64,000 nt of DNA from Microcoleus sp. (GTDB taxonomy: Bacteria > Cyanobacteriota > Cyanobacteriia > Cyanobacteriales > Microcoleaceae), in contig CP181291.1 in the NCBI GenBank assembly GCA_052279835.1, forward strand, positions 4,352,001-4,416,000, in the 5' to 3' direction. Numbering within the stretch: position 1 is the first letter of the stretch; the number at the start of each line of letters is the position of its first letter. The notes below the pieces were generated by a model that was not told where the DNA came from, ran no database searches, and saw only the letters and a program-made list of their open reading frames with translations. The translations under genes were made by a program, and so were the position numbers. Below, one piece after another: positions 33,401 through 43,707 of the stretch.

Positions 33401-35937
33401 GTTGATAATATTTTGGGATTGACAGTGATGCCGGCAGTGTCATCATTTTTGATAGTAGCTGTCGCAGTAGCCGTCGCAATAGTCGGCGCGCCGCCGGGTG
33501 AAACTGGATTTGATAAAGTAATGACAACAGTTTCATCTGGTTCTATATTGGCATCTCCCAACACATCCAAAGTAAGAGTTTTCGAGGTTTCGCCCGCTGC
33601 AAAACTGATTTTCCCAGTGGCTGCGGTTGCCCCAGAAGTGCCACCGATATTGTTGTAATCAGTGCCGTTTGTCGCAGTGCCAGTAATCGTGTAATCTACG
33701 GTACTCCCAATTTCCGTGCTGCCGTTGCGAGTAATGGTAAATGAGGCGGGAGTTTTCCCGGAATTGCCTTCATTAAGGCTAGGAGTATTGGTGGCAATAG
33801 TATAAGAACTATTCCTGTCCAATATTCCCACTTTTACTTGATTGCTGGAACCGCTACTCGAACCAGCAACGGCAGTGCCACCTGTAATTTTGCCAAAATT
33901 GAGAACTATTTGTTCGTTACTGTCAACGATATTGTCAGCTTTAATCGTAACTGCAATATTCTGGGTGAGAGTGGTAGTGTTAGCAGGAAAAGTCAGGGAT
34001 GTAGTTGAAAGAGTGTAGTCTGCACCTTGGGTTGCTGTGCTGCTGGGGTCGATGATAATTGGTACAACTACATCGCCGAAGGAACTGCTGTTGCTGATGG
34101 TGACGGGGACATTAATTACTGTGTCGGTACTGCCTTCATTTACGCTGTAAGTGTTGCCTACTTTGGGAGTAACAAAAGACACGTTACTTGGTGTATTTAG
34201 CAGAATGGAAACATTGTTAGAACTGTTGTTCGATACTGCAAAATCTGGGATAGTGTCAGCATTAAAGTCCCCAGCAATAAGGGAAGTTGGAGTTGTCCCC
34301 GCAGGAAAGTTAATGGGAGTGCTAAAGCCACCATTACCGTTGCCAAGTAAAATTGTAGCGCTGTTAATGCTGCCATATGCTAATGCTAAGTCAAGTTTGT
34401 TATCTCCGTTAAAGTCTTTGGCAACAATGTCGGAAAGTCCTGCCCCCGCGCCTGCGCTAATATTAGTGGGTGTGCCAAAGCCACCCGTGCCATTTCCCAA
34501 GAGAATTGAGACATTGTTAGTACCGCTGTTAACTGTGGCTAAGTCCAGGAAATTGTCTCCGTTAAAGTCCCCAGTGGCGATGGAATTGGGATTTTGTCCC
34601 GTTGCAAAATTAGTCGTTGCACTAAATCCGCCCGTGCCATTTCCTAACAGAATTGAGACATTATTAGATAAGCTGTTATTAACGGCTAAGTCTGGTAAAT
34701 TATCAGAGTTAAAGTTGCCTACAACGATGTCACCCGGAATCGAACCAACATTAAAATTAGTGGCTGCGCTAAAGCTGCCAGTGCCAGTTCCGAGTAAAAT
34801 GGAAACGCTACCAGTACCACCAGGGTTAGCATTTACCACTGCTAAATCGATGAAATTGTCGGCATTAAAGTTGCCTGTGGCGATCGATATAGGAAAGTTC
34901 CCGGCAGTAAAGTTCGTAGCTGCACCGAAGCCGCCCGTGCCATTTCCTAACAGAATGGAGATATTATTATTATTATTTGCTACTGCTAAGTCAGGAAAAG
35001 TGTCATTATTAAATAGTCCCGATGTGACGAAAACCGGGTTTAAACCTACGGCAAAGTTGGTAGCTGTTCCAAAACCTCCTGTACCATTTCCTAACAAGAT
35101 GGAAATGTTGTCGTCATTCTGGTTTGTTACTACCAAGTCTGGGAAGGCATCAGCGTTAAAATTTCCTACATTAATACCTCTGGGATTGGTTCCTACGCCA
35201 AAATTAGTAGCGGTACTAAAACTATTCAAAACGTGTTCGTAACCTGCTAATACTTCTGCTTCAAATACTAGCGGTGTTTTAATCGATCCAGTGCTTGTTT
35301 CTAGTTCCCAGTCGCCACCTTTTGTCGCGCTTCCGTTGAGGCTTTTGGAGGCGGCAACGTTGGTATTGGTTAGTTGGGCGATGCGCTGGATGAATGCGAA
35401 ACCATCTATTTCTAAATCTACATCTAAATTTCTCGCTTGTTCCCCGGTTCCGCCGGGGGTTGAAACCCCCGTCTCATAGCGAAAGTCCTCTAAAGAGGAC
35501 TGAATAAATGAGTTTTTCCCAGTCGGTTTCAACCGAATTTCGCTATGAGACGGGGAATTAATTCCCCGGCGGACTCTCGGATAAACGCGAGGCCCAGATG
35601 CCACATTGCAACCGTAAATCAGAATATCCGCATTGTCTGTAAAAGCACTCCGCCATTGCTGCAATTGTTCGGAATATGTTTCTAAATTAGCTTCGGAAAA
35701 TCTGGTTTTTCCCAGTTGCAAGCTACCGGGAGCACCGTGAGAAACTATATGAATGCTGTCAATATTGGTACGACACGCTAAGATTTGAGTAATTTGCTCG
35801 ATCGCATCTTTCTGCCCATCCAAAACTACTACTTCCGTACCCGCCTTCACCCCGGCAATCAAACTTTGATAATCTTCTACTTTACTGTCGATAAAGGCGA
35901 TCGCACTTAGGGAAACTTTACTATTTAAATTTGGCAT
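27448..35937 (-). CDS. Giant T1SS-type adhesin: DUF4347, FG-GAP, Calx-beta/Ig repeats, PT linker, FG-GAP/VCBS, FN3, cadherin-like, RTX tail
   Basis: [34 protein letters not shown] repeats, LTFTPANW repeats, WGDYDNDG repeats, GGxGxD nonapeptides and a C-terminal DF..D..L module. Confidence 0.9.
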   Translation of the reverse strand: MPNLNSKVSLSAIAFIDSKVEDYQSLIAGVKAGTEVVVLDGQKDAIEQITQILACRTNIDSIHIVSHGAPGSLQLGKTRFSEANLETYSEQLQQWRSAFTDNADILIYGCNVASGPRVYPRVRRGINSPSHSEIRLKPTGKNSFIQSSLEDFRYETGVSTPGGTGEQARNLDVDLEIDGFAFIQRIAQLTNTNVAASKSLNGSATKGGDWELETSTGSIKTPLVFEAEVLAGYEHVLNSFSTATNFGVGTNPRGINVGNFNADAFPDLVVTNQNDDNISILLGNGTGGFGTATNFAVGLNPVFVTSGLFNNDTFPDLAVANNNNNISILLGNGTGGFGAATNFTAGNFPISIATGNFNADNFIDLAVVNANPGGTGSVSILLGTGTGSFSAATNFNVGSIPGDIVVGNFNSDNLPDLAVNNSLSNNVSILLGNGTGGFSATTNFATGQNPNSIATGDFNGDNFLDLATVNSGTNNVSILLGNGTGGFGTPTNISAGAGAGLSDIVAKDFNGDNKLDLALAYGSINSATILLGNGNGGFSTPINFPAGTTPTSLIAGDFNADTIPDFAVSNNSSNNVSILLNTPSNVSFVTPKVGNTYSVNEGSTDTVINVPVTISNSSSFGDVVVPIIIDPSSTATQGADYTLSTTSLTFPANTTTLTQNIAVTIKADNIVDSNEQIVLNFGKITGGTAVAGSSSGSSNQVKVGILDRNSSYTIATNTPSLNEGNSGKTPASFTITRNGSTEIGSTVDYTITGTATNGTDYNNIGGTSGATAATGKISFAAGETSKTLTLDVLGDANIEPDETVVITLSNPVSPGGAPTIATATATATIKNDDTAGITVNPKILSTTEAGGKATFTVKLNTQPTADVTIGLSSDNVAEGTIATNSLTFTPANWDTAQPVTVTGVNDDIADGDIDYKVITGAAVSTDANYNSLNPDDVTVTNTDNDNPGIISITQSTTGLTTSEIGGKANFTVKLNSQPTANVTIGLSSSNVAEGTVAPASLTFTPTNWKQEQTVTVTGVDDFVADGNIVYKIVTAAAVTTDANYKNLNPLVLTVTNTDNDTPGITINPTGLTTSEVGGKANFTVKLNSQPTANVTIGLSSDNVAEGTVSTNSLTFTPANWNQLQTVTVTGVDDLVADGNAVYKIVTAAAVSTDANYKNLNPLDVTVTNSDNETPGITVNPTAGLTTGEDGTKANFAVVLNTKPTANVTIGLNSSNVAEGTVSTNSLTFTPTNWDTAQPVTVTGVNDNIADGDIDYKVITGATVSTDPNYNNKDVADVGITNKDNDTAGVSVSVTETTATEGGANGSYAIELTSQPIAPVTINLTTDNQLQPIAPITFTPNNWNVSQTVTVKAFDNTGVDGPHSGTITHSVSSTDTKYNVVVVPAVTVAIADNDVAPTPTPTPTPTPTPTPTPTTSVTPTPTPTTSVTPTPTTSVTPTPTPTTSVTPTPTPTPTTSVTPTPTPTTSVTPTPTTSVTPTPTPGGPPLPPDSDSPTPTPTPVTTGTSSPNGFRIAIPNSNARIAGGPFGEVNQIMSGPDDPTVSFSKATYKVNESNTGVVQAEITLNRSGDLNQLNKISKVYIEPPTGSATEGTDWNFFPPNFSREITFNSGQTTIPFTIDILSDRQAERTEKIEFRITERDQANIGTQGSATLQIFDADSLFTDTNVPISRLDSAIWGDYNNDGKLDILGNRYIYDNTGTYDNNGQKLSEYGFSELYRRDGYGSAWADYNNDGWLDAALSNTDSNNISSYEIYRNDLKEIDGNFTFETRLPDYDISYDIYRSSWADYNNDGRPDLFVNKRRVGPQNSFNTTLYRNTGDIGQNRFEDSKARLKTQERPDLVIPGQLFSDDTIAGATKAGVWADYDNDGKLDILVQVKDSKDTNSRYIAKLYRNLGDGVFEDTRVEFPGSDGEARDMAWGDYDNDGQLDILLTGSDNFFQPSFTRVYGNKTRENKSASFKDIGAQIPYLGRPAWGDYDNDGLLDILGTGVDQQNGESSAKIVAKVYQNKGNFSNLDSFTGPNSFIDSGALIDSGAEQKQNGFSQTAWGDYDKDGRLDILLTGASPTDFSGSYNENDFFTKVFRNNTAIANTPPTAPTGLSDLPSGRNVTLKWNKANDAETRADGLSYNLRVGTTPGGQDILSPMSYLADGTRQLVGLGNVSQNTQWQLKDLSPDKIYYWSVQAIDTAWAGSEFATEGSFTTVANRPPVVNRSVFSQSAALSFSQTGNTFTLAADTNTDPDPGDSINYSIAIADVSSLSPSAYTSESDLKGGYYRKPIAGLSFPEIPLPSWLTFNPATRTINLSPDRPTSFKYWLKVTGTDKSGASVSEFVKFKSDSLGGFIIDGYISGATVFLDANKNGIKDTNEPSTITNSDGSFNLDIPFEIFDTNKNGEIDPEEGHLVATGGTDTATGLPLETPVTAPPDSTVVTLLTSLVADLIDKGIAPEAAQSLVKAALGLPAEVDLTSLDPIEATNNNQPGGVQVLAAMVKVQNFITQTAALIDGASSAANTNIVKTVVSSITERIQSGTVLNLSNAAALEAIVQQAAAKIQQIDPSFNSQKITPITSQAATVMATANQRIDIAVSNPTATSIPESVARVQQVALGPTTQDFKAIGAGTKTIAQVVADNTGAALDSRIQAVILPVGIATPIITGDADLGSNSQNAINGTNGDDILTGDSANNVLMGMRGNDSLDGGAGNDSIFGGKGSDTLLGNSGDDALFGNRGTDILNGGDGNDILLGGKGDDLLTGGLGSDTLTGGAGNDKFLLSTNSGIDTIDDFEVGKDLLVLGSGLSFSQLAIVQDSGATFIRIAQTGEILATLSGVSASSISAVNFGLI
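35449..35573. repeat. 125-bp multi-hairpin palindromic element inserted in frame in the DUF4347 domain
   Basis: TCCGCCGGGG/CCCCGGCGGA outer IR, CCGTCTCATAGCGAAA/TTTCGCTATGAGACGG stem, four internal hairpins. Confidence 0.85.
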
Positions 35938-36338
35938 AATACACCTGACTGGGGGTAAAAAAAAGACAACAATTCCCCGGTTTCGTGACTTGCATCCGAA
36001 ACTATTTTTGAATGTTGTAGCAACTCTAACAGTATTTTCAGAGAATATCTGTAAAGTTTTGCTGAAAAATACCTGTTTAAATAAATTTTTGATGAAGATG
36101 GAAGATTTATTAAGTAATATTGCGGAAAATCTACTGCGAGGTCGATCGCTTAACCAAAAAAATTAATCGCCAGAGCAATTATACTAAGAGATTGAGAGGG
36201 TATTTTTGATATACAGCATATTCTATGTATAGGTGGTACGCGCAATCTTTTGAAGCGAGTCAGGTGCGTGGCGATCGATTAATAGTAAACAATTGCGTCA
36301 GTTTTTAGTGACAGAACGCCAAGTTAGTTTGAGTGAAC

Positions 36339-36490
36339 TTGACACTCCCCGGTCTGAAGACGCGGGGATTCTTAAGGACAAACTTTGGGGGATGAATCCG
36401 CCCAAAGTTTAATTATTAAAGGGTTAGTCAGTAACCCGCTACCCACTCGCTCTGCGGATTGAGTCTATGACTACTTATAAATCCTAAGGC
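36339..36490 (-). mobile_element. IS605-family right-end remnant (tnpB tail/omegaRNA only)
   Basis: Minus strand ends GAATCCCCGCGTCTTCAGACCGGGGAGTGTCAA. Upstream sequence encodes a decayed TnpB-like tail (SSHRLN..VGSGLLTNPL). Confidence 0.75.
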
Positions 36491-36491
36491 A

Positions 36492-37013
36492 TTAATTTCT
36501 GCCATTGGGTGATATTTGATACAAACCCCTAACTGGGCCAGGCACTGTCTGTGGCTGTTGCTCGGAAGCGGGCAACTGTTCTTGAACTCCGGTAGCAGTA
36601 GGGAAACAGCCACTGGGCTGGGGTGCGAATTGGCAAGCTGGAGGCAGTGCCATTACAGATGAATCGAAGGGATTGACTGCATCTGGAACGCGGAGAATTG
36701 GATCGCTGGAAACTTGGCGCTGCATCATTTGTCGGTAAAAGCCGTTGACGCGACTGGCGTCCCGCTCGATTTCTTTTTCGGGAAAAGCAACTACGCCGCT
36801 GGGGGAACCGATGCCTAAGTAATCGCCCAAGTAACCTTGGAGGCTGACGTTGTGGTAAAAGTCTCCTGAACTCTGAAAGAATTGCCGATTGAAATCGTCG
36901 GAGATAGGGTGAAATCTAGCTGGTTCTGCTTGGGCTGGTTTCACGGATGCCAAGGTGGCAGAAACGACTGTCATCATCAATATACTACTTAAGCTTTTTA
37001 ACTTGTGGCCCAT
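36492..37013 (-). CDS. Secreted cyanobacterial hypothetical protein
   Basis: Signal peptide ending AQA, FPEKEIERDA, SDPILRVPD..NPF, C-terminal PVRGLY. Confidence 0.75.
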   Translation of the reverse strand: MGHKLKSLSSILMMTVVSATLASVKPAQAEPARFHPISDDFNRQFFQSSGDFYHNVSLQGYLGDYLGIGSPSGVVAFPEKEIERDASRVNGFYRQMMQRQVSSDPILRVPDAVNPFDSSVMALPPACQFAPQPSGCFPTATGVQEQLPASEQQPQTVPGPVRGLYQISPNGRN

Positions 37014-37097
37014 GATATTGAAGCTTCTAAATTAATTACGGTTCCAATATAGACTGATTATCGGCAGATTATTTTTGTTTTGTACACGGTGTCAGTT

Positions 37098-37673
37098 ATG
37101 AATGTTGAAGATTTGAAGGTGTGGCGCGATCGACTTTTGGATTTGTTGTGCTCTTTTGCGTATCGTGAGGGGGATTTTGTGTTGTCTTCGGGACAGAAAA
37201 GCTCCTATTACATTAACTGCAAACCGGTGACTCTGCATCCTGAAGGTGCTTTGGCGACGGGGAGGTTGCTGTTGTCGATGCTGTCGGCGGATGTGGACGC
37301 TGTGGCTGGTTTGACTTTGGGGGCCGATCCAATTGTAAGTGCGGTGAGTGTGGTTTCGGCTTTGGGCGATCGACCAATACCAGCTTTGATTGTCAGAAAG
37401 GAAGCCAAAGGACATGGAACAATGGCATATATTGAGGGGCCAACGCTGTCTGAGGGTGCGAAAGTGGTGGTTTTGGAGGATGTGGTGACGACGGGTAAGT
37501 CAGCGATGCAGGCGGTGGAGAGGCTACGGGGTGCGGGTTATAAGGTCGATCGTATTTTGTCTCTGATCGATAGAGAGCAAGGTGGGGCGGAGTTTTATCG
37601 CTCTGTTGGCTTGGATTTTGAGGCGGTATTTACAATTAAGGATATTCAGGAGTGGATAGCTAATAAGTCCTAA
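37098..37673 (+). CDS. pyrE: Orotate phosphoribosyltransferase
   Basis: GDFVLSSGQKSSYY, VRKEAKGHG, PRPP motif VVLEDVVTTGKS. Confidence 0.95.
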   Translation: MNVEDLKVWRDRLLDLLCSFAYREGDFVLSSGQKSSYYINCKPVTLHPEGALATGRLLLSMLSADVDAVAGLTLGADPIVSAVSVVSALGDRPIPALIVRKEAKGHGTMAYIEGPTLSEGAKVVVLEDVVTTGKSAMQAVERLRGAGYKVDRILSLIDREQGGAEFYRSVGLDFEAVFTIKDIQEWIANKS

Positions 37674-38156
37674 GATTTAATCAACCGCGAAGGCGCAAAG
37701 AACACGAAGGAAGAGAACAAGATTCTCGTTACCAGGCTCTGCCTGGTAATGAATATCTAGAGGCTCTGCCTCGCTCAAAAAATAGTAGAATATCTGAGGT
37801 TTGACTGCCCGCTTAATCGCCATGCCAAAAATCCGTTTCATTGACTTATTCGGAGGAATAGGTGGCATGAGATTTTATCGCTCTGTTGGCTTGGATTTTG
37901 AGGCGGTATTTACAATTAAGGATATTCAGGAGTGGATGGCTAATAAGTCCTAAGATTTAAGCAACCGCGAAGGCGCAAAGAACGCGAAGGAAGAGAAAGA
38001 AGAAGATTCTTGTTACCAGGCTCTGCCTGGTAATGAATATCTAGAGGCTCTGCCTCGATCAAAAAATAGTAGAATATCTGAGGTTTGACTGCCTGCTTAA
38101 TCGCTATGCAAAAAATCCGTTTCATTGACTTATTTGCAGGAATAGGCGGCATGAGA
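37593..38156 (+). repeat. Diverged tandem duplication (280 and 284 bp): pyrE 3' end, intergenic region, MTase 5' end
   Basis: TTTTATCGCTCTGTTGG.. starts at 37593 and 37873, and both copies end ..GGCATGAGA. Confidence 0.95.
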
Positions 38157-39398
38157 TTAGCCTTTGAATCCGCCGCTAGTTCCTTGAATATTCAAACAGA
38201 ATGCGTATTAAGTAGCGAAATCAATCCCGACGCTCAATCAGTGTACCAGACAAATTTTGGCGACACACCTTCAGGCGACATCCGACTAATTGACCAACTC
38301 CCAGACCATGACATTTTACTAGCAGGATTTCCGTGCCAATCTTTCTCCTACGCAGGCAAAAAAGCAGGCTTTGGAGACACCAGAGGCACGCTGTTTTTTG
38401 AGATTGTACGACTGATTGACACTTTTAAACCTCAAGCATTTATTTTCGAGAACGTGCGAGGACTTGTCTCCCATGACAGCGGACAAACCTTAGCAACTAT
38501 CAAAGGCGAAATGACCAGCCGAGGTTATAGCTTCGATTACTTTGTACTCAACAGCTCTAACTTTAGTTTACCTCAAAACCGCGTCCGAGTTTACCTAGTC
38601 GGAGTTTTAAATACTGTTCCGCAATATAACTTAATTTCCGACTTGGGACCAAAAGATTCCCATTCCTCTAGCCATCAACAACTCTCATTATTTTATCCCT
38701 TAAATAAACCAGTCACAGTTGCAGACATATTAGAAGATAATCCAGATGCAAAATATAATTGTTCCCCAGAATTTGTCAAGGCTTTGAAACAAATCGTTAA
38801 CAACGACCTCAATCGCTTGCACGGAATGCGACTAATCGACTATCGTGGTGGTAATTCCATTCATTCTTGGGAATTGGGTTTGCGGGGCCAGTGCAGTTTA
38901 GCAGAAATTGAATTGATGAATCTTTTTATATTGAAAAGGCGTAATAAAGAATTTGGGAACCACCAAGATGGGAAGCTTTTAACTAAAGAGCAAATAGCTA
39001 CTTTTTTTGCTCATCCCCATCTCGATGAAATTTTAGATTACCTGGTAACAAAAAAGTACCTGCAACGACATAATCAACTTTACAAACCTGTATCCGGTAA
39101 CTTTTCTTTTGAAGTATTTAAGTTTATTGACCCAGATAAAATTTCTGTAACAGTTGTTGCTAGCGATGCTAATAGATTAGGAATTTATCATCATCACCGA
39201 GTTCGGAGAATTACGCCCCGTGAAGCGGCGCGTTTACAAGGTTTTCCAGATAATTTTAGTTTGCATTCCAATGATGATAAAGCCTATCATCAAATGGGTA
39301 ACAGTGTCAGCGTCAATGTAGTTAAAGCTGTTGCTAAAGAAGTTATTCAGAATGTCTTATATTCTGCAAAACAAGTTCCTTTGAAAAATGCAGTTTAA
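38106..39398 (+). CDS. dcm: DNA cytosine-C5 methyltransferase, BanI/HgiCI-like (predicted GGYRCC), orphan
   Basis: Motifs FAGIGG, GFPCQ, ENV, QNRVR, GNSV. TRD RLIDYRGGNSIHSWELG resembles M.BanI as recalled. No REase adjacent. Confidence 0.88.
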   Translation: MQKIRFIDLFAGIGGMRLAFESAASSLNIQTECVLSSEINPDAQSVYQTNFGDTPSGDIRLIDQLPDHDILLAGFPCQSFSYAGKKAGFGDTRGTLFFEIVRLIDTFKPQAFIFENVRGLVSHDSGQTLATIKGEMTSRGYSFDYFVLNSSNFSLPQNRVRVYLVGVLNTVPQYNLISDLGPKDSHSSSHQQLSLFYPLNKPVTVADILEDNPDAKYNCSPEFVKALKQIVNNDLNRLHGMRLIDYRGGNSIHSWELGLRGQCSLAEIELMNLFILKRRNKEFGNHQDGKLLTKEQIATFFAHPHLDEILDYLVTKKYLQRHNQLYKPVSGNFSFEVFKFIDPDKISVTVVASDANRLGIYHHHRVRRITPREAARLQGFPDNFSLHSNDDKAYHQMGNSVSVNVVKAVAKEVIQNVLYSAKQVPLKNAV

Positions 39399-39485
39399 TC
39401 GGCATCAATCAGACAATTTATGCTATCTCTCTCCTCTTCTCTTTCTCTGCGCTCTCTGCGCTCTCTGTGGTAAAATAATTCCAAA

Positions 39486-40076
39486 TTAGTCTGGAGTTGA
39501 AGAAATACGATCGCCCGCACCGAATATCGAATCTACACTGACTGTAAAATCAGAAAAGGCGATCGGTGCAACCTCTTGACCAGCATACAACTTTAGTATT
39601 AAACTATAGCCGTTCGGTGTGGGCTGGCGGTATACTTCCAAGCAGTTTTCAATTAAATTGACCAGCCAAACCTCTTGAATGAGCGATCGGGCATAAATCG
39701 GAATTTTGACATCTCTGTCATTATCCACTGTACTGTCAGCTACCTCTACTAAAAGTAACACTTCTGAAGGAACTGGATGTGCTGTCCCGTAATCATCATC
39801 GCGAAATTGAAGCAATACTACATCAGGCTGCGGTTCAGTACGTTCACTTAACTGAACTGGATTTTGAACATCAACGATAACTCTATCTTCTGGTAATCGG
39901 TGGAAAAGTCGGTTAAGTCGTCTCACAGCAGTGGCGTGACGAGTCCCAATTGCAGCCATTTGAATAATTTCTCCTTCAATGAGTTCAACGCGATCGGTTT
40001 CAGAAAGAATCCCTGTTTCACTCATCAAATGATACTCTTTCACCGTAAATAGCCGTCTTTGAAGTTGAAGGGACAT
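39486..40076 (-). CDS. Uma2 (DUF820) endonuclease-fold protein
   Basis: RVELIEGEI, EPQPD, LLVEVADS, DRDVK.IYA. Confidence 0.9.
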   Translation of the reverse strand: MSLQLQRRLFTVKEYHLMSETGILSETDRVELIEGEIIQMAAIGTRHATAVRRLNRLFHRLPEDRVIVDVQNPVQLSERTEPQPDVVLLQFRDDDYGTAHPVPSEVLLLVEVADSTVDNDRDVKIPIYARSLIQEVWLVNLIENCLEVYRQPTPNGYSLILKLYAGQEVAPIAFSDFTVSVDSIFGAGDRISSTPD

Positions 40077-40164
40077 CGCGATTCTCCTTTGCCAAAACTC
40101 CTTTTAATATAACAAATTTACCATTAAGTAAGGCGGGAAATGCCCGCCCTACCAATCAATTGAG

Positions 40165-41637
<1,473 letters not shown>

Positions 41638-41804
41638 GCTATTAATAATACCACTGATGTCTGTATGAGTTCAAAGCAATTAAGGAAATCTTAATAAGGA
41701 TGATGACTGAGGAGATGGGGAGATGGGAACTGCGATCGGGATTTATGATATTCGTGCTGTAAAAAAAGTGCGATCGTACCCCCATTTAACACCGGAAAAA
41801 ACCC

Positions 41805-42665
41805 TCAGACTTCATCAGGATTAATTCCCATTTCGCGCAATTTTGCTGCTAGGCGATCGGCCCGTTGTTTTTCTTCCTCTGCGCGAAGATGTTCTTCCTC
41901 CGCGCGAAGATGTTCTTCCTCTGCGCGAAGATGTTCTTCTCCAGCACGAAGACGCTCTCGTTCTGCGCGAAGGCGTTCTTTTTCCGCACGTTCTTCCCCA
42001 ATTAATAACAAATTCCCTTCACTATCCCACCAACGTAACCAAGGCAAATTCATCTCATCATATTCGCCTTGCCAAATTCCCAACTCAACTCCAAGCTGAG
42101 GAATCGGATAGCGACCGCGCTCATTTGGAATCATTAGCTGATAGCGATTATCTTGTAAATGATACATTTCTACAGCAGCTTTTTTTACTTCATAAATTCC
42201 ATAAAAAGGTACGCGGATCGCCTGCTCGTAAACCCAAAATTTGCCCACCTTTTGTTCTTCTGTTTGTCCTAATTCAGGTGGTGGCGTTCTATCTCGCTCT
42301 TCTGCACCATTCCCCGATACAAATTCCAAAACAATCAGCGGTGCAACGTATTCTTTCCACAATACATAAGAACGTCGCACCTCACCATTTAATAGTGGGG
42401 GAACATTCGGCACATAAAACCAATCAGGTGCTTCTGCACCCCGTTCTAGAGGGTCAGTTAAACGCCAATAAATCCCGCAATCTTGACCGATGCGGTAGCG
42501 TGCATCAGGATGAATTTGTTGCAATATTGGTCGGAGTGAATCAGTGAGAATAATGCTTTGAGGAAGTTCTTGAAAATTTTTCACAAAAGTACCGTCCGAC
42601 TCTGGTAATTCAGTGTGGTCTGGGAGATGGGTGACTTCCAATTCAAATGATTTGGCAACTGTCAT
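41805..42665 (-). CDS. Uma2 protein with 7-aa coiled-coil repeat tail
   Basis: LPDHTELPESDG, APDWFYVP, LRWWD..GNLL, (EEHLRAE)n from 21-bp repeats. True start taken as MTVAKS. Confidence 0.88.
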   Translation of the reverse strand: MTVAKSFELEVTHLPDHTELPESDGTFVKNFQELPQSIILTDSLRPILQQIHPDARYRIGQDCGIYWRLTDPLERGAEAPDWFYVPNVPPLLNGEVRRSYVLWKEYVAPLIVLEFVSGNGAEERDRTPPPELGQTEEQKVGKFWVYEQAIRVPFYGIYEVKKAAVEMYHLQDNRYQLMIPNERGRYPIPQLGVELGIWQGEYDEMNLPWLRWWDSEGNLLLIGEERAEKERLRAERERLRAGEEHLRAEEEHLRAEEEHLRAEEEKQRADRLAAKLREMGINPDEV

Positions 42666-42938
42666 AGAACTTGCGCTATTTGAGGAATTAAACTGATTAT
42701 AGCAGAAGGAAGAAGGAAGAAGGAAGAAGGAAGAAGTCACCCCCCCCAGCCCCCCCCAAGGGGGGAAATTCAGGAAGAAGGAAGAAGGAAGAAGGAAGAA
42801 GGAAGAAGCGAAATTTCGCGAGTTACAATCGCCAGCGAAATTAGTAAAGTTTAATAATATTAGTCCTGGACGCGCTGCGACCCAAAAAACCCGGTTTCTA
42901 AGCCTCGATGCGTAAATCCTAAACATAAAAAAATCAGC

Positions 42939-43499
42939 CTAACCCAGTATAAAATCAACGCTCACTTCAAACTCAGGAAAAGCTAGCGGTGAAACAATTT
43001 CTCCCCGCTCAATTTTTTGCATTGAAGTATAGCCATTTGCCGTGGGATTCCGGTATACTTCTAAACAGTTAACCTCAAGATCCCACAACCAAACTTCCTG
43101 AATCCCAGAACGAGCATAGTTAGGTACTTTCACGTCACGGTCATAATTAACCGTACTATCTGCTACCTCTACCAACAGCAAAATATCCTGACTATTTGGC
43201 AAGGATTCTTCGTAAAAATCAGCACGGGGTTGTACTAAAGCAATATCAGGTTGAGGTTCGGATTTATCATTAAGGCAAATCGGATTTTGCACCCGAAAAA
43301 TCACCAGAGACTCTGAAATCTGGCTAAATAGTCGTGCGAGGCGATCGACACGGGCGGCATGACGCTTACCAATTGCTGCCATTTGGATAATTTCTCCTTC
43401 TATAAGTTCCACTCGTTCATTATTGGCAAAAACACCAGCCTCACTCATCATGTGGTATTCTTGCACTGTAAATAGCCGTCTTTGAATCTGAACAGACAT
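42939..43499 (-). CDS. Uma2 (DUF820) protein, paralog of 39486-40076
   Basis: RVELIEGEIIQMAAIG shared with the paralog, EPQPD, EVADS. Confidence 0.9.
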   Translation of the reverse strand: MSVQIQRRLFTVQEYHMMSEAGVFANNERVELIEGEIIQMAAIGKRHAARVDRLARLFSQISESLVIFRVQNPICLNDKSEPQPDIALVQPRADFYEESLPNSQDILLLVEVADSTVNYDRDVKVPNYARSGIQEVWLWDLEVNCLEVYRNPTANGYTSMQKIERGEIVSPLAFPEFEVSVDFILG

Positions 43500-43707
43500 A
43501 ACTATTCTCCTTTTTGAGCAGTGAATCTCAGCTTATCACTTGATTTTGATAAATAGTATTATTTCAAGACAACAAAAAACCACCCTATTTAGGGTGGCAG
43601 ATTCTGAAAGGGTGTAAATCACCTACGCTAAAACAAGAGAATTTCAAGTGCTAAAAATATAGCTTTTAGCGATCGCAAGGCGGGCATTGTCCGCTAGGGA
43701 AATCACC

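Noticed and set aside
34151..35242. 363-aa plus-strand ORF and other long antisense ORFs in repeat-protein genes
   Set aside because: Shadow frames of FG-GAP/RTX coding repeats.
42666..42926. 87-aa N-terminal extension of the Uma2 ORF
   Set aside because: Read-through of the GAAGAAG STRR and the G-rich mini-element; the real start is 42665.
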